A stretch of DNA of 64,000 bases from Octopus sinensis (lineage: Eukaryota), in assembly GCF_006345805.1 (NCBI RefSeq), contig NC_043021.1, positions 21,204,001 through 21,268,000 of the forward strand, given 5' to 3'. Position numbers and translations under genes: made by a program. Shown piece by piece: positions 40,202-51,655 of the stretch (position 1 is its first letter; every line of letters starts with the position of its first letter). The notes under the pieces are model-generated. The model was not told where the DNA came from. It saw only the letters and a list, made by a program, of their open reading frames with translations, and ran no database searches.

Positions 40202-40440
40202 TAGTTCATTGTTAAACCTCGCTAAGATAAATATTTCAATCACCTGAAGATTGACTGTAACACAACTCGAATTATTACGAATTGGACAGCCATGAAACGA
40301 TCGTAGTGTTTTACTCATTATCTTCTTTTAATAATTTTGATATATATTTAAAATAATATAAATTAATTAATCTTATGTATTGGCTTAAGTTTTTCATTGT
40401 TTGATTTGCCTAATAGTGGTTTTATCTCTAATTTAATATA
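40202..40440 (+). mobile_element. (TA)n-flanked element with degenerate hammerhead motif
   Basis: CTGAAGA...GAAAC-GATC-GTA at 40244-40305, imperfect helices I and II. Confidence 0.5.
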
Positions 40441-40749
40441 ATATATATATATATCTATAATATATATATATAATATTACAAGATAGGGGCAGAAGAAAAA
40501 TTCTAATGCCAATATGCCGAAACAAAAAATTGTTGATAACCATTATAATTTATAGGTATTTTTTGATATGCTGGCAATTGATAAAATTTTTTTCCCGAAA
40601 AAAAAAAAAATTATCCTACATTAATTATATATATAATATTAGCAGATAGCTATTTAAAACACTGGGAGAAGCACAATTTAAAGTAAAGTCTCAATAACAT
40701 ACAGTCAAGATACTTTTTTGTATATTTATTTATTTAGCTGATGTCTTTC

Positions 40750-41420
40750 AAATTTTTATATTTGAAAGAGGTGTGGCTAGTTGTGAAAGCACAAACACCT
40801 GAACAGAAGAAAAAATACAAACAAAGGTTGGAGTGAGATAAAGTGAAGCAATCATAGAATAATTATGATTGGAGGAAAGTGATATGTACTAATGAAACCT
40901 GAATCTTCATTGGCTAAGGAGATGATGCTGAAACTTTTGCCTAGGATCAGCCTCATAAAACATATGAAAGTGACTGCTTGAAGAGAAAAAAAAAATCAGA
41001 TTTTTTTTCGCACTGATTTATGATAGGAAGTTACATGTCTGGTAAATGATTTGGGAAGATAGCAATTATAAACTCAACAATCAGTGCACAAATGTACATG
41101 AAAACTTTTGACATTTTTCTCATGCCATCAACAAAAAATAAATTTGATGAAGCCATTTTTCAGGATGATAATAATGCAGCTTGCCACAGAGCAAAGTGTT
41201 TAAAATCTTTCCTTAGCAAAATCATATCAATTCAATAAAATGGTCAGCTCTCAATCCAACCAAAGATTTATGACAGAAATTTTAAAAAAACAAAAAACAA
41301 AAACAAAATGTGCCTTTGGCTCATCTCCATCCTGCAAAGCTGATTTGTCAACTGCTATTCAAGAAAGCTGCAACCATTTTATAGAATATTGTTTTTCATT
41401 AGTGAACTCTTATATTTCAA
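40750..41420 (+). pseudogene. Decayed Tc1-family transposase
   Basis: DWRKVICTNET and IFQDDNNAACHRAK resemble the first and second DDE aspartate motifs; many stops. Confidence 0.7.
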
Positions 41421-42315
41421 AGAACTCAAGCTGTCATAAAAGCCCGCAGGGAAACAACAAAGTATATATTCAAGGTGGTACTCCAGTATGGCCACAGTCA
41501 AATGACTAAAAGAATAAAAGAATAATTAGATTTTTTTTTTCTGTTCAGGATTTCATAATTTTTTGTCATTTTGATTTAGAGAGAAATATGTTGTTAATTA
41601 AAATAATTTGTTTGAGGAATATTTTTTTCCTCAAGACAAAATGTTAAGCTATTTAACAAAAATTGTTTTGTGTTATATTTGGGATTTTTTTTTTTTTGCT
41701 TTGAAGTAAAAATGAAAAAAAACCTATGTGAATAACAATGAAATGTGGTGATTCTAGAATTTTTACCAGGGAGTGCATTGTTAACTCAGATAATGCTTGA
41801 TATTTTTATATAATTAAAAGCACAATAATAATAATAAGGATAATAATGATCCTTTCTACTAAGGCCTAAAATTTGGTGGGAAGGGGTAAGTCGATTACAT
41901 TGACCCTAATGTTTCACTGGTATTTGATTTTTTGATCCTAAAAGGATTAAATGCAAAGTCGACCCCAGCAGATTTTGAACTCAGAATGTAAAGATAGATG
42001 AAATACCGTGAATAATTTGTTTTCTTTATTCACCAGTAAGGGTTCAGAAAAAACATTTGGACTCAAAGCCTAAAGATTTGGAAGAAATGCTGTTTAGCAT
42101 GTTGTCTGATGCACCACTGATTCTGCCAGCTTGCTGTCTTAATAATAATAATGATAATAATATTAGTAAGTCTTTCTACTATAGGCATAGGGCCAGATAT
42201 TTCTGGAGAGAGGGCTAACTGATTATATCGACCCCACCCCCAGTGGTCATCTGATATTTATTTTATCAACCCTAAAAGGATGAAAGGCTAAGTTTACCTT
42301 AGTGGTATTTGAACT

Positions 42316-42527
42316 AAGGCGGCGAGCTGACAGAATCGTTAGCATGCCGGGCAAAATACTTAGTGGTATTTCAACTGCTGTTACGTTGTGAGTTCAAATT
42401 CCGCCGAGGTCGACTTTGCCTTTCATCCTTTCGGGGTCGATAAATTAAGTAATGGACTTAATACCTTTGTCTGTCCTTGTTTGTCCCCTCTATGTTTAGC
42501 CCCTTGTGGGAAATAAAGAAATAGGTA
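42316..42527 (+). mobile_element. SINE family C with 12-bp TSD
   Basis: TSD ggtatttgaact at 42304-42315 and 42524-42535. Confidence 0.85.
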
Positions 42528-42619
42528 TTTGAACTCAGAACATAAACAGCCAGAAGGAATGGTGCTAAACTTTTTGTCTGGTGTGGTGATGATTTTGCTA
42601 GTTCACCACCTTAATAATA

Positions 42620-42880
42620 ATCATCATCGTTTAACGTCCGTTCTCCATGCTAGCATGGGTTGGACGGTTCAACCGGCGATCTGGGAAGCCAGAAGGCTGC
42701 ACCAGGCTCCAGTCTTATCTGGCAATGTTTCTTAGTAGAAAGGATCATTATCTGCCCTTCCTAACGCCAACCACTCCATGAGTGTAGTGGGTGCTTTTTA
42801 CGTGCCTCCTGCACAGGTGCCAGGCGAGGCTGGCAATGGCCACGGTCGGATTGGTGCATTTTACGTGCCACCGGCACAAG
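42620..42880 (-). mobile_element. Family D (RTE-type 3' end) fragment
   Basis: catcatcgtttaacgtcc tail and body. Confidence 0.8.
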
Positions 42881-43324
42881 AACTGGAATTTTGGTGGGGA
42901 GGGTGGCACTAGCCAGTCATATCAACCCTAGTTCTTAACTCGTTCTTATTTTATCGATCCTGAAAGGATGAAAGGCAAAGTCAACCTCGGCAGCATTTGA
43001 ACTCAGAAGGTAAAGACAGATGGAATACTGCTAAGCGTTTTGTCTGGCATGCTAACGGTTCTGCTCGTTCATGGCCTATAACAACATCAGCAAAAATAAC
43101 AGGTATATATTTGGCTTATGTCTTCTGCTGTTACTTGAAGTTTTTAACAGTCAGATGGCCATATTGGTCAATAACCAATTATTATAATTCAACGGCAGCC
43201 ATCTGGTTGATTGAACATTCTCAGAACTTGAAGTAACAACGAAAGGCAGAATATGAATAAATACAATTACAATCCACACAGTGTGTTTTGAGTACCTCAG
43301 CACTTCTCTTATTTGTTATAAACA

Positions 43325-43524
43325 ACACACACACACACACATACTCGCACACACACACACACTCGCATACACGCACACAATCACATACACTTGCATACAC
43401 ACATACACTTGCATACACACACACATATACTCGCACACACACACACACCACTCGCATACACACACACACTCGCATACACACACAGACTCGCACTCACACA
43501 CACACTCGCACTCACACACACTCG

Positions 43525-43557
<33 letters not shown>

Positions 43558-43875
43558 TCGCATACACACAGACACTCACATACGCACACACACTTGCATA
43601 CACACACACTTGCATACACACACACACACATACTTGCAAACACACACACACACTCGCATACACATACACACTTGCAAACACACACACACACACACACACT
43701 TGCATACACAAACACACACTCGCACACACACAATTGCATACACACACACACTCGCTTGCATACACACACACACACTCGCAAAAACACATACACTAGCATA
43801 CACACACACACTCGCATATACACACACACACACTTGCAAACACACACATACACTTGCATACAAACACACATACAT
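43325..43875. repeat. Cryptic (CA)n array punctuated by CTCG/CTTG
   Basis: Recurring acactcgcatacac and acacttgcatacac units; source of the HT-rich ORFs. Confidence 0.95.
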
Positions 43876-44027
43876 ATATGATACAGTCATTAATTTTTAT
43901 GTTTGTTTTTCCTTGCTGACATGGGTTGAATGCAGATTTATTTGAGGTTGGGTTTTATGGTCATATGCCCTTCCTGTCTCTGATCATTACCTGTTTTTCA
44001 GCTAAAGGATACATATATATATATATA

Positions 44028-44260
44028 ACAGGAAGCTTTATGAAAATAAACAAAAGACGAAGGCAGGTTTACGGAAATAAACAAAAGACGAAGGCAGGTG
44101 GAATACAAACAAACAATTGTATTAGTATGGTGCTCAGGAATATAAATAAAACAAGTCTTTTATGTTTCGAGCCTACGCTCTTCAACAGAAAGATACACAG
44201 AGACGAAACACAGAAAGAAGGAGAGAAAAAAAATGCGTGCAGAGGCTAGCGAATCAACAT
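44028..44260 (-). mobile_element. Hammerhead-bearing Penelope-like short element (same family as 59149-59340)
   Basis: Reverse complement aligns with the 59 kb copy; hammerhead-like motif at 44156-44193; sense 3' end abuts (TA)n. Confidence 0.7.
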
Positions 44261-44454
44261 GGCGATCTGATTTCGTCCAGAAGTCAAAGATCAAACTTGA
44301 GACGCAAGAGCGAAATTAGGGGAGATAATAGGGTTAAATGACCTCGCCCCAACATAAGAGTGTGTGTGTGTATGAGAGAGTATTAGTGCGTATGAGAGGT
44401 CTGGACGTGTGTATGTATATATGATGTGGTGTGTAAAGTCGTATGGTGTAGTGT

Positions 44455-44619
44455 AGAGAGGGGAGATGGGGTGAGGGTGAGGGGGGAGAAGAGGAAGGGG
44501 AGAAGGAAGGAGAGGAGAGGAGGAGGGAGGATAGAGGGGAAGAGAGAGAGAGAAGGGGAGTGAGGGAGCAGAGAGAAAGGGGAAGAGGGAAGAAGAAAGA
44601 GGGAAGAAGGGAAGAGGAG

Positions 44620-44620
<1 letters not shown>
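44455..44620 (+). repeat. Polypurine (GGA/GAA-rich) tract
   Basis: About 165 bp almost entirely G/A. Confidence 0.9.
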
Positions 44621-44651
<31 letters not shown>

Positions 44652-44699
44652 TATTTATATATTATTCCACTGCTCTGTAAAGGTGCAGTGCTGTAGGAT

Positions 44700-45100
44700 G
44701 TAATGCTTGCAGGGAGTGTAAGCATAATGCCACCATTTTGCTCAGAAGGTGTCACGCAATGATTTGGAATACAACAATTTGTTTTGACAATGGTATGAGT
44801 AGTTCAGTTGAATCTTGGTTTTGCTGAGCCCCTGATAAGGAGGAAATATGTCTGTAATTTTATTGCGAATGGTAGTCATATTTTGGGATTAACAACTATA
44901 CCAATCAATTGACTGGTACCAGAGATCTCACCCTTTCCATCCAGAGTAAGGAGTCAATACTGAAACAGCTTTGGATTCACAACTTTACTATATCTTAGCA
45001 AAAAGGTCTGAGAGTTCTATGAGGTGTAACTGTTGAAGTGTTCCCAGAACAATTGGACCAATTTCCATCTGATATACCAGGTGAACCCACATCAGGCTAA
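44700..45100 (-). mobile_element. Highly degraded LINE RT fragment
   Basis: LLIPKYDYHSQ*NYRHISSLS resembles the LIPK...YRPISLL motif. Confidence 0.4.
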
Positions 45101-45569
45101 GAAATGAAAAGAAGGGCTACTCTGTTCAATCCATTACTTTACCAGCTCTGATTCTGGAGTTGGAGCTGGGAAGTAATAGGATTGCTAATGGTGGTGCTCC
45201 AGCATGGCTACAGCCTCTGGCTGAAACTGATGATAGAATAATGGAACACATGAGAGTGGATCAACAGTCACTTCTTGTGTGTGGTACCACTAATAAGTCT
45301 TTGTTGATCATGTTGGTACAGGAACTGCTATGTGATTGCCCTGCTAGAAGTAACACCCAAATCTCCCTCAAATCACAATATAGTTAAACAATATAACTGC
45401 ATCAATCATTCAACACAGTAACAGAACTTTATTGAATACTTAATACAAGTGTGTTAGAATAGATTTGCAAAATCCTGAGAAATTCGTAAAAAGCTAGAAG
45501 TGTAAAATATCAGTGACAATGATTATTTCTTTTGATAACGGTATTAGTGTCTCAGACATATAGGAGAAA

Positions 45570-45606
<37 letters not shown>

Positions 45607-46004
45607 CAGTAGAAAAGAAAAAAGACACCCAAGTTTTGTGGTGTCAGGTCTTGCCTAAGAATATTTGTGACGTAAGTGAAGTAATTTTGCAGGTAAATAA
45701 AATTTCCCAAACTGGATTATGATATAGAATTGCCAAGAAACTTAGTACTGCATCACTCCTCTTGAATAATAATAATGATGTCGATGATGGGAATGTAGTA
45801 AATATTTTATTTGGCTTTAGAATGAGAATGAAGTAGTTCATAAAATGTCCAATGCTGGTCTTACAAGATAACCCTCGTTCTGATCTTCCTGGTGTAACCA
45901 ACCAGTTTGTTAAATATTGCTGTTGTTGTTGATGTTTTTTGACTCGTAGGTTAGCAGACCACCACAAAAACAAAAAAAAAAAACATATATATATATATAA
46001 TTGA

Positions 46005-46395
46005 TCAACATCAATGGAAATTGTAGCTGTGATACCAGTGCCGATGGGACATAAGAGAACCATCCGAACGTGGACATTGCCAGCGCTGCCCCGACTGGCC
46101 TCCGCGCCGGTGGCACGTAAAAAGCACCATCCGATCGTGGTCATTTCCAGCCTGGTCTGGCCTCCGTGCCGATGGCACGTAAAAAGCACCGTCCGATCAT
46201 GGCTGTTTGCCAGCCTCGTCTGGCACGTAAAAAGCACCCACTACACTCATGGAGTGGTTGGCGTTAGGAAGGGCATCCAGCTGTAGAAATACTGCCAGAT
46301 CAGACTGGGCCTGGTGCAGCCTTCTGGCTTCCCAGACCCCAGTTGAACTGTCCAACCCATACTAGCATGGAAAGCTGACGTTAAACGATGGTGAC
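46005..46395 (+). mobile_element. Family D (RTE-type 3' end) with tandem units
   Basis: aaaagcaccatccgatcgtgg units; ends gttaaacgatg. Confidence 0.8.
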
Positions 46396-46409
46396 AATAC
46401 TACATCAAT

Positions 46410-46615
46410 ATGTAACTGCGTGTGTATCATTGGCGACTTTCTTTCTCCGTCTTCCCTTCCTTGGACCTTTCCTTTTTCTATGTTTCTGACGAAGAGCTCC
46501 ACTCGAAATGTTAAATCATCCTTTCTTTCCTTTCCTGAGTGTCTAATAACACTATACTTGTTCCACGTCCTCGCGTTGTGTTTTCTCTTTGTTCATGTTT
46601 GGATTAACTATACAT
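46410..46615 (+). mobile_element. Short element with minimal hammerhead motif
   Basis: TTT-CTGACGA-A-GAGC-TCC-ACTC-GAAAT-GTT-AAA at 46483-46515. Confidence 0.6.
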
Positions 46616-47223
46616 ACTACATCCTTGGTTCTGAGTCATTCCTGTGAAAGTAATGTGATTTTGAATTAAAAAACTGTCAATAAAAATAAATATAGACTCT
46701 ATAAAACGTATTGAATACTTTTCTTTTGTTTATATACCCATCTAACCCTCTATCTATCCATTTATCTATCCATCCATTTATCCATTCATTTATCCACCCA
46801 TCCATAAATCCGCATTATTATGCACAAACAAGAATCTACATTCAGTTAAAAATCTGAAATCTAGTGTAGATTGGAGATAGGATATCTACCATCAGTTACA
46901 AATTATATCATACGTATTATATGTGGGTGTGTATTTTGCAATTTGTTGTTTCCATCTAAGTATATACTCTCATTCTCTCGTATGCATGTATTCAAAAACA
47001 GTATAATGAAGATTGCTTCATTTGTCTTGTTTGATGGCATGTTCACCTAAATTTAATTATGCAGTGATGCTCTCCCTCATCTCATCAATGAATATTAAAC
47101 CACTAAAATATAGCTGAGGTAATGGGAGGAAAATACTCAAACACACACACGTGTTCATATATGCATACACAAACACAAACATACACAGGCATATAGAAAC
47201 GCACCCTGATGCATACATATGCA

Positions 47224-47261
<38 letters not shown>

Positions 47262-47411
47262 AATTAAGGACTGAACACGAAAAGTGGACAGTCAACATGC
47301 TAGATATAGACGTCAAATCGCCATTCACCACAAAAGATTATGTTCTCAGATCAACTCAACACAAAACCATAGCAATAAACAAGTGAAAAATATACGAAAT
47401 AAAATAATTAC

Positions 47412-47476
47412 CCATGTACTAAATTAGTTTCAGCTGTTATTTTCCGCAAGGAAAACTGCAGCCATCATCAGCATGG
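47412..47476 (-). ncRNA. Type I hammerhead ribozyme motif
   Basis: CCATG/CATGG helix I, CTGATGA core, GGCTG/CAGCT helix II, GAAAC, ACTAA-T-TTAGT helix III, GTA triplet. Confidence 0.8.
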
Positions 47477-47666
47477 TCCGTTATAAATGTAATTTGCTGG
47501 ACTAGATGCAAACACGATACCGAAATATCGCGTGCATGGAGTTCAGCCTATTACATTTGAATATACCTTTCAAATGCCTTTACTTTGGCGCGTTGAAACC
47601 CGAGAAAACCAGCCTGCAGCTAATAATTAGCAGCAGTTAATTTATCGGTTAGAGAACATATTTATT

Positions 47667-47818
47667 TATATAAAATTAATTAAGGGTAGAAATTGATATT
47701 TATCAATTAAGACCAGTGGTCTAGCATATTAAAAAAGAATCCGAAGATTAATCTTCGGATTCTTTTTTAATATGCTAGACCACTGGTCTTAATTGATAAA
47801 TATCAATTTCTACCCTTA

Positions 47819-47832
<14 letters not shown>
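47667..47832. repeat. Perfect 166-bp palindrome with no spacer
   Basis: Arms are exact reverse complements about the centre gaagatt|aatcttc (47749/47750). Confidence 0.95.
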
Positions 47833-47859
<27 letters not shown>

Positions 47860-48230
47860 TATATACACACAGACATACACATGCATACACGTTCGTGATT
47901 CATCTTCTATTATTAACTGAATATAGCTGTCTTTTGTTTCTTCAAGGCAAATTGCCGAAACGACCACTGTGACGACAACCACGGTTGCCGCTGCCACCAC
48001 CACCACCACCAACTCCACTACTACTATCACTGTTTCTTACTTTTCTTATGCGCCCAAACACTAGACATTTAGGGATTAAATTGTTCTCATCTTAACAGTT
48101 GACATTTTAAGTTTTTCTTCTTTTTTCTTCTCTTGTTTGGCAAACAAAATTTGCATATTCGAAAAAAACTTGTATTCTTAGCTGCCTGTTTATTTGAATG
48201 TCTTTTGCATGGATAACCAAGCATTTAGAG

Positions 48231-48448
48231 CAGTGCTTTTCAAACTTTTTGCTGGAGCAGAACCCCAAGGAAACATTCCACTGGCTCGAGGAACCCTGGT
48301 GCAATAATTTAATAGTTTTATGCACACATATCTGCACAGGAGAATTAAAAATTACTGCCAATTTAGCAGTTTTGTAACTTCTTGCGGAACCCCTGGACTG
48401 TACTGGCAGAACCCTAAGGTTCCGTGGAACCCTGGTTGAAAACCACTG
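48231..48448. mobile_element. hAT (Charlie-like) MITE with 8-bp TSD
   Basis: TIR cagtgcttttcaa / ttgaaaaccactg; TSD atttagag at 48223-30 and 48449-56. Confidence 0.9.
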
Positions 48449-48651
48449 ATTTAGAGCAACGCTTGTAAAAGATGGTGCTAATCATGATAAAGGTCTACTA
48501 GTGATGTTTGTATTAGGGTGGTGGATGTGGTCACGGTGGTGTTGCTGTTATCAACCCTAATCAACCTACTCTCAAAGGCTCTCCAGCAGTGACAATCCTG
48601 TCATTTTGAAAGTGTCTAGCACATTTCCGGTGTTGTTTCTCCTTACTTTAA

Positions 48652-48871
48652 CCCTTTAGTGTTCGCATTATTCTACCAAAATTAATGCTTTTTCATCCCC
48701 ATTGTTTTGAACTAATTATGCATTATCTTGTAGCTGTGAGATTTTGATGAGGTAGCTGTTAATTTTTAAAATGATATTGTAGGGTTGGTGTGAGAGACCA
48801 CATCTGGCCATTTGAACATAAAACAGGCAGAATACTTTTGGCCGGATATGGCCGGTTTAAATGCTAAAGGG
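48652..48871. mobile_element. piggyBac-like MITE family 1 (opposite orientation)
   Basis: TTAA at 48648-51 and 48872-75; ccctttag / ctaaaggg ends. Confidence 0.85.
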
Positions 48872-49211
48872 TTAAATGCTAGGGTGTGATTTGAGGGAAA
48901 TTTGGCTGTTATTTTAGCAGGTCATATAATTACCTCGAGACATAATTGTTGGATATTGGTGGTAATTGTGGTGGTGCTGTTATTTGTCCGATTGAATAGA
49001 CTTACGATTAAAGACATTTGGAATGAATGGCTTTTTGTTGTTGTTGTGTATATATCTTGTGTTCATACAGGCATAGACGCAGCTGTGTGGAGAAGCTTGC
49101 TTCCCAACCATCTGGTTTTGGTTTCGGTCCCACTGAGCAGCACCTTAGGCAAGTGTCTTCTAGTATAACTCCAAACCAACCAAAGTCTTGTGTGTGGATT
49201 TAGTAGATGGA

Positions 49212-49595
49212 GTGGAGGCACAATGGCCCAGTGGTCAGGGCAGCGGACTCGCGGTCATAGGATCGCGGTTTCGATTCCCAGACCGGGCGTTGTGAGTGTT
49301 TATTGAGCGAAAACACCTAAAAGCTCCACGAGGCTCTGGCAGGGGATGGTGGTGATCCCTGCTGTACTCTTTCACCACAACTTTCTCTCACTCTTACTTC
49401 CTGTTTCTGTTGTACCTGTATTTCAAAGGGCCGGCCTTGTCACTCTCTGTGTCACGCTGAATATCACCGAGAACTACGTTAAGGGTGCACGTGTCTGTGG
49501 AGTGCTCAGCCACTTACACGTTAATTTCACGAGCAGGCTGTTCTGTTGATTCGGATCAACCGGAACCCTTGTTGTCGTAACCGACGGAGTGTCCT
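49212..49595 (+). mobile_element. SINE family B nested in an A-like SINE, 10-bp TSD
   Basis: TSD agtagatgga at 49202-49211 and 49598-49607. Confidence 0.9.
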
Positions 49596-49776
49596 AAAGT
49601 AGATGGAAACTAAAAGAAGCCTGTTGTAAATATATATTTGTGTTAAATTCAACTTACATTGAAAGTCAACAAAGTTTGCTTCAGAAGCATAGAGATGTAT
49701 TGAAAGATACAGATAAGGAAATAATTTTATTCTCAAATGTAGGATAATGCTTATACAATAGCATGAACAGGATAAA

Positions 49777-50190
49777 CTCTCTTTACTCTTTTACTTGTTT
49801 CAGTCATTTGACTGCGGCCATGCTGGAGCACCGCCTTTAGTCGAGCAAATCGACCCCGGGACTTATTCTTTGTAAGCCCAGTACTTATTCTATCGGTCTC
49901 TTTTGCCGAACCGCTAAGTGACGGGGACGTAAACACACCAGCATCGGTTGTCAAACAATGCTAGGGGGACAAACACAGACACACAAACACACACATGCAT
50001 AGATATATGTATATACATATATACGACGGGCTTCTTTTCAGTTTCCGTCTACCAAATCCACTCACAAGGCTTTGGTCGGCCCAAGGCTATAGCAGAAGAC
50101 ACTTGCCCAAGATGCCACGCAGTGGGACTGAACCCGGAACCATGTGGTTGGCAAGCAAGCTACTTACCACACAGCCACTCCTGTGCCAAT
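49777..50190 (-). mobile_element. SINE family A
   Basis: Full-length reverse copy. Confidence 0.9.
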
Positions 50191-51023
50191 ATATACACAC
50201 AAATGTTGTCCCACCTTACCTCCTTTTGTGAACACTTTGCTGTTGAACCCCATGATTCTCTCCTCATTTCTACTTTACTTAAAAAAATGATATTCTTATA
50301 AATGCAAATGGATTAAATCATCTCTGATTTCTCTGTTTCTCCCCCTCCCCACCTCTCTCTCTCTTTTGCTTCTTACTTTCCTTGTCTTTCACTCACCACT
50401 TTTTATTTGTCATAAGATTAATACATCGAATAGTTCTTTCATTCATTCTGCATCAATCATAAACAACTTATTTTTTTATAGTGTTATGTTTGCTTTACTA
50501 TGCATTTAAATAACATCTCCTCATCAACATTTAACGCCCATTTTTCCATGTTTGCATGGGGGTAGACGGAATTTGTTGAGGCAGATTTTCTACAGCTGAA
50601 TGCCCTTCCTGTTGCCAACCTTCACTTGTTTCCAGGCATGTTAATATTTTTCCCATGACCAGAAATGTCTTCCCTATTGAACTCTTTCCACTAGACCTAA
50701 ACTGGTAATCGGTCCCTTGCAACCTATTTATAGAAAAGAGGCATTACTGCTCTCTGGTAGAAACTGTGAAACTATAGTTGATAAAGGGGAGAGAGAAAGA
50801 GGGCATTAGTTTGCCATGCCTTCGGGAGATAGTTTAAACTAATTTCATATTATAGTGGACTACAGTTTTATCTATTCTTCTGAAACATAACTAACTTTAC
50901 TCTAAATTTATCTTGAAAATAAATACTATGGCTTGTATGACAATAACGCTTATTTACAGCCATCACATGATGCCAACACAAGGGTATACACAAACATATG
51001 CACACATATACACACACATATAA

Positions 51024-51054
<31 letters not shown>

Positions 51055-51655
51055 ATGAGCTTCTTACAGTTTTCATTTAACAAATTCACTCACAAAGCTT
51101 TAATTGACACTGGGCATTTGTAGAACAGACTTACTCAAGGTGGCTTGCGGTGGGACTGAACCTGATACCATATGGTTGGGAAGCAAGCTTCTCAATCACA
51201 CAGCCGTGTCTGCATTTATATATACATCTTTTATCCTTTTTTTTAATCTTTTACTTGTTCTGATCATTGTACTGCAGCCATGCTGGAGCACTGCCTTGAG
51301 AAATTTTAGTCAAATTGACACAATTAGTTACTTTTTTTTTCAAAACCTGGGTACTTATTCTTTTGGTCTCTTTTGCCAAACTGCTAAGTTACAGAGACAT
51401 AAACACAGCAACACCAGTGGGGGACAAACACAGACAAAAAGACATGCATGTGTGTATACACACACACAAACACACACATGTATGACAGGCTTCTTTCTGT
51501 TTCTGTCTGCCAAATCCACTCATGAGGGTTTGGTCAGCCCAAGGCTATAGCAGAAGACACCTGCCCAAGGTGTCATGCAGTGAGAGTGAACCTGGAACCA
51601 TCTAGTTGCAAAGCAAACTTCTTACTACACAGCCATGCCTGCACCTACAGGCATA

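Larger units (their letters stand above)
47262..47832 (-). mobile_element. Hammerhead-bearing Penelope-like element with terminal fold-back
   Basis: Hammerhead at 47412-47476, perfect palindrome at 47667-47832, (TA)n flanks. Confidence 0.75.

Noticed and set aside
43125-43245. Loose nested hairpin (cagatggc/gccatctg, gttacttgaagtt arms)
   Set aside because: Large asymmetric bulges; not convincing as a pre-miRNA or MITE
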